A model generated the notes under the pieces. That model was not told the origin of the DNA and searched no databases. It saw only the letters and a program-made list of their open reading frames with translations. Both the position numbers and the translations under genes were made by a program. From positions 26,919 to 90,918 of the IMG/VR virus record IMGVR_UViG_3300008266_000018: a stretch of DNA of 64,000 nt. One strand, given 5' to 3'. Position 1 is the first letter of the stretch; every line of letters starts with the position of its first letter. Source of the stretch: a virus. This document shows positions 57,732-64,000 of the stretch, piece after piece.

Positions 57732-58676
57732 ATGATCAAATATGGGCTGGTTTGCATCTCAAACACCTTGCGCGAAGCTGATCCAGACATGGCTTTCAAG
57801 GTCATGACTCGCACTCAATTTTTAAAAATGGAGCGCGAAAAAGGAATTCTTCTTCTTTCAGATAGAATTTTCCATAACATCAACGTAACTGCCGAGACGT
57901 TAAAGCAGTGCGCCAAGATTGGAATTAAACATTACCGAATTTCTTGCAATCTTTTTCCTCTTGTTACTGATCCTACTTTAAATATCTTTTTTGAAGAGTT
58001 TCCTAACATCGACAGAATCACTCAAAAACTAGCTGAAGTTGGTCAAATAGCGAAGTCTCTTGGCATCTCTATGAGTTGTCATCCTGATCAATTTGTTGTT
58101 CTTGGATCTAACTCAGATGATGTTTGTAAAAAGTCTATTGATGAATTAAATTTCCATGCATGGGTAATGGATAAAATGGGATTGCCGCAAGATTATTCTG
58201 CTCCCATTAATATTCATGCAAGTCTTTCTAAGTTTGAAACTCCTGAGAAGTTTGTAGATAAATTTGTGCGTAACTTTTTTGCTTGTGATGTTGGAGTTCG
58301 TAATCGCTTAGTGCTTGAAAATGAGGATAAGGGCTTCTGGAATTGTCAAAATTTGTATAGATACTTTTATACTTACATGCGACATACATATAACTTTAAT
58401 TTCCCGTTAACTTTAGATAATCTGCATGACAAATGCAATCCTTCCAAAGATCAAGATGGAAATGTAATTTCTTGCAAAGATTGGTTCGTTAAGTTTTATC
58501 CTACTTGGGGAACTGTTCCGGTGTTTCATTGGAGCGAAGGAATCGGAACTTCAAATAAACACGCTGATGACATTACTGTCGCGCCAGAAGATTTTGGCCT
58601 TGATTGTATTTATGAGTGTGAAGTGAAGAACAAGGATAAAGGTTTTCTACATTTATTGCCGGTGCAAAATATTTGA
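57732..58676 (+). CDS. uvsE: UV-damage endonuclease
   Basis: GLVCI, YRIS..LFP, HPDQF..L.S, INIH, LVLENED, D..H, HAD, E.K.KD. Confidence 0.9.
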   Translation: MIKYGLVCISNTLREADPDMAFKVMTRTQFLKMEREKGILLLSDRIFHNINVTAETLKQCAKIGIKHYRISCNLFPLVTDPTLNIFFEEFPNIDRITQKLAEVGQIAKSLGISMSCHPDQFVVLGSNSDDVCKKSIDELNFHAWVMDKMGLPQDYSAPINIHASLSKFETPEKFVDKFVRNFFACDVGVRNRLVLENEDKGFWNCQNLYRYFYTYMRHTYNFNFPLTLDNLHDKCNPSKDQDGNVISCKDWFVKFYPTWGTVPVFHWSEGIGTSNKHADDITVAPEDFGLDCIYECEVKNKDKGFLHLLPVQNI

Positions 58677-58723
58677 AAAAATCCTTTGATTTTCCGGTTA
58701 TCTCCGGTAGAATATTATGTAAT

Positions 58724-58939
58724 ATGAATAAGGTAACTAAGCTAAATTCTACGGGAGGTAGGTTCTCTACCTTGGTCGCAACAGTCAATGGTAAGCGCAA
58801 TGCTTTTTGCGCGAAGATCACTTCTGCTACTGAGAAGTACGTTTCGTTCTGGGACGTAAATGCAGATAAGAATCGTCGCGTTGCAACTAGCAACATTGTA
58901 GCCATGAAGTCAGGCAAGACTCGTTTCGCTAACGCTTAA
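58724..58939 (+). CDS. Small basic hypothetical protein
   Basis: ATG 58724 follows TTGATT-16-TAGAAT. Confidence 0.55.
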   Translation: MNKVTKLNSTGGRFSTLVATVNGKRNAFCAKITSATEKYVSFWDVNADKNRRVATSNIVAMKSGKTRFANA

Positions 58940-58945
58940 AAATTT

Positions 58946-59035
58946 ATGGCAAAGAATACTCCAAAGGCTGGCTCAAAGACTCCAGCATCCACCCCAACTC
59001 CTGCTCCTGCCCCAAAGGGCGGTAAGAAGAAGTAA
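58946..59035 (+). CDS. 29-aa Lys/Pro/Ala-rich peptide (not in ORF track)
   Basis: MAKNTPKAGSKTPASTPTPAPAPKGGKKK; followed by a terminator. Confidence 0.55.
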   Translation: MAKNTPKAGSKTPASTPTPAPAPKGGKKK

Positions 59036-59054
59036 GGTATAGTACATAGCAACG

Positions 59055-59089
59055 AGTGTGCCAAAGTTTCGACTTTGGCGCACTTTTTT
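59055..59089 (+). terminator. Intrinsic terminator
   Basis: AGTGTGCCAAAGT-TTCG-ACTTTGGCGCACT plus T-run. Confidence 0.9.
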
Positions 59090-59103
59090 ATTTTTTTTAG
59101 TTG

Positions 59104-59132
59104 TTGACGTTTCGATTGCTGTCGTTTAGACT
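59104..59132 (+). promoter_or_regulatory. Sigma70-type promoter
   Basis: TTGACG-17-TAGACT. Confidence 0.6.
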
Positions 59133-59141
59133 GTTCCCACG

Positions 59142-61340
59142 ATGAAAATTCTTATTGCCGATAGAGTCGTTGCCACTTCGCACGATTTTCCCACTGTAAA
59201 CTGCACGATTGATCCAGAAGATATGAGGTATATTTCCTCGCTTCTGCGAAACAATTATTCGAACACGATTCTTGCTACGATTCGTGAAACTTATGCTAAT
59301 GCTGTAGATGCCAATAAAGAATCTGGATTGTCTCCAGAGTCAATTGAAATCAAATGCCCGACTGGTTTGGATCAGACTTTTTCTGTTCGTGATTTCGGTT
59401 CTGGTTTGAGCCGAGATCAGATTTTTAATCTATATAGTAAATTTGGTAAGTCTACCAAGCGTGGTTCTGATCAGATGGTGGGCGGGTTTGGAATAGGCCG
59501 CTTCGCGCCTCTATCTTATAAGGACAGTTTTACTGTTACTTCTTATCATAACGGTACTAAATCTATCTATAGTCTTTATATTTCTGAAGAAAATGATACT
59601 AAGATTGATGAAGTATTCTCAGAGCCTACTTCTGAAGCTAATGGTATTTGTATTTCTGTTGGAGTTGCGAAGAATGATCTAACTAAATTCAATGAAGAAA
59701 TCTCTAATTTCTTTAGTAATTTTGAAATTCTACCAAAGTTTCTAAATATCCAAACTAATATTGTTAAGCCTGAAATTCTTAGTATTGGTAATGGTTGGCA
59801 GATTCGCAAGTCTCTTAATAGTTACAATTCGTGGTCAGTTGGCGAACAAGGTATTATTATGGGAGGTATTTATTATCCCATTAATCCTGAACTCATTGAT
59901 TTCAATGATTCAGACGCTTATTTTGCTTGGACTAAACATCTCAATAAACTAGTTTTTATTGCTGATATTGGTTCTGTTTCATTGCATCACTCACGCGAAA
60001 CACTTGAGTACAATAAGACTACAAAGTCTTATCTAAAGTCTTGTTATAAATCTTTTTGCGAAGAATTTACTAATTCAATCAAGAATAAGATCGCGCAATT
60101 TGATTGTTTGCGCGATGCTATGGATTATTACAAGGAAATTAAGAATACATTTCCTCGAAACGCCTTTGATAAGCTTGAATCGCAAGATGTTTTTGTATTC
60201 AAGGGGTATAAGGTTACCTCTTTTACTTTCAATCGCGCTGCTTATGAAGTAGATAATAAAGCTCATCGAATTCCTGTTTATGCTAAAACTTACAGCTTAG
60301 TTAATAATGATCGCGTAAGCGTCAGCAAGTGTTATACAATTACTAATGATAAAAATAATTATATTGTATTTAATGATATGCCTGACAATACAAAGATCGC
60401 TCCTCGCGTATTTAATTTACTCAAGAAATACTCGACTGTAGTCGTTGTTGCTCACGATCAATCAATCATTAGCTCTACTATTGTTAATGGAGTTGACAAG
60501 TTCAAAGAAGTTAATGGATTTAATCTTATTAAGTCTGGTTATTGCAATCTTAGTGAATTGGCTCCAGTAAAGCTTCCTTCTAACAAGAAAGCTTCTACCA
60601 GTTCGTACACGCCTAGTTATTTTTACAAGGTTGAAGGTTCCGCTTTTCGCTCTTCAACTTCTTTTACTCAAGAAATCAACGATACTTCCATTACTAAGCT
60701 TTATTTTCCCATCTCTGATGGAAAGCCTATTAATCAGTATTCACAATTTTATTACGAAAAGAATAAACTCAATAGCCGCTTTTTTAGTGAAGTAGTCCTA
60801 TTATTTAATACTCCTGTTTATGCAGTGTCAAATAATGTAGCTATGACTACTAAATTTAAAAATCGCGCCGACTTCGTTGATGTTATTAAGTATATCCAAG
60901 ATAAATGGAACAGTTGCACTGATGAAGTTAAGTCGTTGATTCTTGAATATATTTCTTGCAAGACTGATGATGCATATAATATTATGACTTTTACTGTCAT
61001 GGTCGCAGATATTATTACTTGTCAGAAATATGATTACAAACTGAATTTTTGTTCAGAACTTCTTAAAAAAGCAAATATGCTTGAATTCGCTAATTTTATT
61101 AAAAAATGGCGGCATGTATTGGAGAGTCTTAAAATTAATATGTCCCACGACAATGAAACTCCAGTTTCTATCTGCGGAAAATATCTAAATCAAGCCACTG
61201 AAGAAATTTATAAAAATTATCCCATGCTTGAAGTTCACCGCGATCTTTGGCATTCTGATCGCGACAAAAATGAAGTAAAATTTAAAGAGTACATTTCCTT
61301 CATCAATCAGCAGAATTCTGTTGACTTTTCGAAAATTTGA
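59142..61340 (+). CDS. rIIA: rIIA-like protein (GHKL ATPase N-terminus)
   Basis: IRE..NAVDA, VRDFGSG, STKR, GGFGIG, SRETLEY. Confidence 0.85.
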   Translation: MKILIADRVVATSHDFPTVNCTIDPEDMRYISSLLRNNYSNTILATIRETYANAVDANKESGLSPESIEIKCPTGLDQTFSVRDFGSGLSRDQIFNLYSKFGKSTKRGSDQMVGGFGIGRFAPLSYKDSFTVTSYHNGTKSIYSLYISEENDTKIDEVFSEPTSEANGICISVGVAKNDLTKFNEEISNFFSNFEILPKFLNIQTNIVKPEILSIGNGWQIRKSLNSYNSWSVGEQGIIMGGIYYPINPELIDFNDSDAYFAWTKHLNKLVFIADIGSVSLHHSRETLEYNKTTKSYLKSCYKSFCEEFTNSIKNKIAQFDCLRDAMDYYKEIKNTFPRNAFDKLESQDVFVFKGYKVTSFTFNRAAYEVDNKAHRIPVYAKTYSLVNNDRVSVSKCYTITNDKNNYIVFNDMPDNTKIAPRVFNLLKKYSTVVVVAHDQSIISSTIVNGVDKFKEVNGFNLIKSGYCNLSELAPVKLPSNKKASTSSYTPSYFYKVEGSAFRSSTSFTQEINDTSITKLYFPISDGKPINQYSQFYYEKNKLNSRFFSEVVLLFNTPVYAVSNNVAMTTKFKNRADFVDVIKYIQDKWNSCTDEVKSLILEYISCKTDDAYNIMTFTVMVADIITCQKYDYKLNFCSELLKKANMLEFANFIKKWRHVLESLKINMSHDNETPVSICGKYLNQATEEIYKNYPMLEVHRDLWHSDRDKNEVKFKEYISFINQQNSVDFSKI

Positions 61341-61377
61341 GTTAGCATAGTCGAAGAATAAAGGTGTAAAAAATATT

Positions 61378-62451
61378 ATGAACAAGCCAGCATATATTGT
61401 CACTAGCAACGCAATCACGGTCATTTGGGAAGGTCAGCCTTATACGGTTAATACCGACAATCCCAATTATACTGGATTGAAGAATGCTCTGCTAAATGCA
61501 GAATACGAAAACATTGGTCGCTTTCTTGATATTAAGAAGCAGATCGAAGACTTTTCTCACGGCAGTATCAAGGTTCTTGCCGAAAAGGTTTATTACGGTA
61601 GTTACGAACTGAAGGGTTTTGTAATTGATAAGCTGCTTGAGTTTTTGCGCTCAGGAGCCAAGGATGCTCAACCTATTCTCAATTTTATTGAGAAGCTTAT
61701 GTTCAATCCTAGCAAGAACAGTGTCGATCAGTTGTACACTTTTCTTTCTTACAAGACTTTGCCATTGACTGAAACCGGCAATGTTATTGGGTACAAGGGT
61801 GTTGATACTAATTATTATTCAAAGCATGGTAATAAGAATACGATTGTTATTACTGGCACTGTGAATGAAAACGGCTGCATCTTGAACAAGATTGGTGAGA
61901 TTATCGAAGTCGCTCGCAATTGTGTTGATGATAATAAGGACAATCATTGTTCTAACGGTTTGCACGTTGGTAGTTACGATTATGCAAAGGATTGGGCTGG
62001 CAATAACGGTCATCTTATGATGGTTGAGTTCGATCCTTCAAATGCAGTTAGTGTACCTACTGATTGCAATTTTCAGAAGCTTCGTGTTTCTAAATACAAG
62101 GTCATTGGTGAAGTTCCTTTTGAGCGCATTAAGGAAGAAGCTCCGCTCAATGAGCCATATTACAATACCGATGAAGAAATCGATGTTGATGATGAAAACG
62201 ATTGCGACGATGATTGCGGCTGCAATATCAACGAAGGTTATGAATATAGCGATTCTACTTACTTCGCTATTAAGAATTATGTTGAAATTCGTAATGAAGC
62301 AGGGTCGCAGCCTAGTATTAAAGAAATTCAATCTCATTTGAAGGGTATTCATATTACTTGTGAGGAAATTAAAAATATTTGCCTTGAATTGGATTTTAGT
62401 GTAGAAGAAGATGAAGATATCTCTTTGAGCAATTCAAAAGTTAGTTGGTAA
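61378..62451 (+). CDS. rIIB: rIIB-like protein
   Basis: NPS...QLY.FL, G..IGYKGV, R..VDD...CSNGLHVG...YA, VSVP.D...KLRV..Y. Confidence 0.88.
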   Translation: MNKPAYIVTSNAITVIWEGQPYTVNTDNPNYTGLKNALLNAEYENIGRFLDIKKQIEDFSHGSIKVLAEKVYYGSYELKGFVIDKLLEFLRSGAKDAQPILNFIEKLMFNPSKNSVDQLYTFLSYKTLPLTETGNVIGYKGVDTNYYSKHGNKNTIVITGTVNENGCILNKIGEIIEVARNCVDDNKDNHCSNGLHVGSYDYAKDWAGNNGHLMMVEFDPSNAVSVPTDCNFQKLRVSKYKVIGEVPFERIKEEAPLNEPYYNTDEEIDVDDENDCDDDCGCNINEGYEYSDSTYFAIKNYVEIRNEAGSQPSIKEIQSHLKGIHITCEEIKNICLELDFSVEEDEDISLSNSKVSW

Positions 62452-62464
62452 ATAAAAATTTAAA

Positions 62465-62553
62465 GCCTCCATGACCGGAAATGGCTATCGGCCTTGTTTT
62501 GTAAACAAGTATGGATTAATTATCCTTTGTCAGTTCAAATCTGACTGGAGGCT
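62465..62553 (+). tRNA. tRNA-Thr(UGU) with long variable arm
   Basis: GCCTCCA/TGGAGGC; CTTGT-TTTGTAA-ACAAG; V-arm GGAT-TAATT-ATCC; GTCAG-TTCAAAT-CTGAC. Confidence 0.8.
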
Positions 62554-62597
62554 CACTTTTTTATTTTAAATATTCCGAATATCTTTTATGATATTCA

Positions 62598-63155
62598 ATG
62601 GAATATTCTGATTTATCGGCGCAAATTAACGATTTATTTTCTCAAGGAAAAAGCATAACTGAAATTGCAAAAAATTTAAAATGCAATAGATCAACGGTTC
62701 GTTATCATACAGATCCAGTTTATAAAGAAAAATGCTTAGAGGAAAAAAGAAGTTATAAAAAAAGAATTAGAGCCGCTAAAAAGAAAAAAATAATAGACAG
62801 ATTTGGCGCGAAATGTCAAATTTGCTTTTATAATAAATGTCAAAATTCTTTAAATTTTCATCATATAGATCCAAGCACAAAATGTTTTGATGTTTCAGAT
62901 GCAACTTGTAGAAAAAATATTCCTGATGAACTTCTCGAAAAAGAATTAAAAAAATGTATTTTAATTTGTGCAAATTGTCACAATGAAATTCATGCGGGAA
63001 TGACGGAAATTCCTGAAAACGTGAAGAACCACTTGACAAACGAAGAAAGTGTTGTAGGATGTACACGTTCGCTAGAGGTGGTGATTTCAGCAGATGGTAA
63101 AAGCGCAGAAAAAGCTGAAAACCCCTTGACAATTCAACAGATTGTAGTAAGTTGA
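62598..63155 (+). CDS. HTH + HNH endonuclease (free-standing, within the tRNA region)
   Basis: SITEIAKNL HTH; CQIC..FHHIDP..KCILICANCHNEIH. Confidence 0.85.
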   Translation: MEYSDLSAQINDLFSQGKSITEIAKNLKCNRSTVRYHTDPVYKEKCLEEKRSYKKRIRAAKKKKIIDRFGAKCQICFYNKCQNSLNFHHIDPSTKCFDVSDATCRKNIPDELLEKELKKCILICANCHNEIHAGMTEIPENVKNHLTNEESVVGCTRSLEVVISADGKSAEKAENPLTIQQIVVS

Positions 63156-63299
63156 TGTCGTTCTTTAAATTTTTGCGGGTTGGAGAAGAGGTCATCTCGT
63201 CACGCTCATAACGTGAAGATCATCGGTTCGAATCCGATACCCGCTAAGTTTCCCCTTGACAATCGAAGAAAGTGTGATAGATTGTCAATGTTCTTTAAA
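63033..63299 (+). promoter_or_regulatory. Three tandem TTGACA-16 promoters with two boxA-like GTTCTTTAAA elements
   Basis: -35 boxes at 63033, 63126, 63256; GTTCTTTAAA at 63160 and 63290. Confidence 0.7.
63174..63246 (+). tRNA. tRNA-Met(CAU), initiator-like
   Basis: T1:T72 mismatch, GCGGGT/ACCCGC, TCACG-CTCATAA-CGTGA, GGTTCGAATCC. Confidence 0.85.
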
Positions 63300-63306
63300 A
63301 TTTAAT

Positions 63307-63339
63307 GCATCCGTAGCTCAACGGTAGAGCAGCAGACTT
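63307..63339 (+). tRNA. 5' exon of an intron-containing tRNA, inferred Lys(UUU)
   Basis: GCATCCG-TA-GCTC-AACGGTA-GAGC-A-GCAGA-CTT, then intron. Confidence 0.8.
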
Positions 63340-64000
63340 AGGTAATAAGAGCGTTTATACAGAAATGTATAAAATGAATCGAGCCGTATGCGGGAAACCC
63401 CTTAGAGCTTAAACTACTTGAAAAAGTAAAAATGTTTAAGATTGGGCAATCCGCAGGAAACTAAAAGATTAGCAATCTGATGGTTTATGTGTATAATATA
63501 GTATATGATAACACATAGCAAACAGAAAGGCAATCTTGGATTCTCTGCTACTTTAAAAGAGTTACATAAACTTGGATATAATGTTTTTTCTGAAATTGGT
63601 GACTACTCTAAAATAGATATGATAGTCGAATACAATAGTAAGTTAATAAAAATTCAAGTTAAATACGCTAAAGAAAAAAATGGAATTGCTACGCTTCCTT
63701 TAAGGAAATCTGGACCTAATGGATATAGATATCTTTATAAAGTTAGTGACATTGATATTTTTAGCGTGTATCTTCCTGATCAAGACAAGGTGCTTTTTAT
63801 TCCAGCTAAATTAGCTTGCGAAAATAAAAGTTCTTTTATTATCAGGTATAAAGAAAGCAAGAATCTTCAAAAGTCAAAAGTTCATTATATAAATGAATTT
63901 TTAGACCTAGATAGAATCCTCAGAGACTTTACGCTTGACATCTGTAATGATGATGATAAAGTCCAGACCACAACGGAAACGGTCAGCGAAAGCTGAAGTG
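63340..64000 (+). mobile_element. Group I intron (resembling IC3 tRNA-Leu introns); 3' end beyond the window
   Basis: P2, P3 (TCGAGC/GCTTGA), P4 (TGCGGG/TCCGCA), R (TCAGAGACTTTA), P7 (GACTTTA/TAAAGTC), P9 (TCAGC-GAAA-GCTGA). Confidence 0.88.
63505..63996 (+). CDS. Intron-encoded PD-(D/E)XK homing endonuclease (I-Ssp6803I-like)
   Basis: KG..G, IDMIVE...IKIQVK, Y....IDIF.VY. Confidence 0.85.
   Translation: MITHSKQKGNLGFSATLKELHKLGYNVFSEIGDYSKIDMIVEYNSKLIKIQVKYAKEKNGIATLPLRKSGPNGYRYLYKVSDIDIFSVYLPDQDKVLFIPAKLACENKSSFIIRYKESKNLQKSKVHYINEFLDLDRILRDFTLDICNDDDKVQTTTETVSES

Noticed and set aside
63084-63120. Additional tRNA (TTTCAGC/GCTGAAA stem with a D-loop-like TGGTAAAAGC)
   Set aside because: No T arm or cloverleaf.
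63010-63155. Functional C-terminal domain of the HNH protein
   Set aside because: It overlaps two promoters and looks like incidental read-through.
3322-63195. Many short antisense or nested ORFs (e.g. 11736, 17535, 22816, 39931, 58573, 62038, 62776)
   Set aside because: They are shadows of well-supported genes, with no motifs or expression signals.
1-64000. Alternative genetic code or stop-codon reassignment
   Set aside because: Conserved genes are full length under code 11, coding density is high, and no suppressor tRNA is seen.
1-64000. Bacterial chromosome, prophage or eukaryotic giant virus origin
   Set aside because: rIIA/rIIB, a phage-type replisome, bacterial promoters and the absence of housekeeping operons, integrase or NCLDV core genes point to a large lytic-type phage.

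Overview
This window is part of a large, AT-rich, densely coded dsDNA bacteriophage genome that uses the standard code and has no rRNA or ribosomal genes. Layout: (1) 1-3060, the end of a + strand, probably virion-structural block. (2) 3047-28449, a - strand replication/recombination block: three-part DnaE-type polymerase, primase, DnaB, RecA, Cas4/AddB-like nuclease, class II RNR, dNMP kinase, sigma factor and SSB-like proteins, interleaved with glycosyltransferases, Gmd, an NDP-sugar epimerase, methyltransferases and a B12 radical-SAM enzyme. (3) 28459-64000, a + strand accessory arm: Hsp20, HNHs, dUTPase, deaminases, SET protein, a CxxCH secreted protein, an envelope/signalling cluster, a second glycan cluster, C5 DNA methylase, a pilin-like protein, ThyX, UvsE, rIIA/rIIB and tRNAs. 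Most notable: (a) a group I intron with a PD-(D/E)XK homing endonuclease interrupting the anticodon of a tRNA inferred to be Lys(UUU), running off the window end; (b) a promoter-driven, highly structured ~280-nt RNA (27736-28017, - strand) at the head of the replication block; (c) a lipoprotein / mini-MscS / ankyrin-class III cyclase / TM-PAS / beta-barrel module, mostly preceded by a GTGTAA motif, with a cyclase lacking canonical A/G specificity residues; (d) about 20 glycan-building genes; (e) a sigma54 promoter before hsp20. The host is a diderm bacterium, possibly Verrucomicrobiota (inference). All calls come from visual motif recognition; no database searches or folding programs were run.
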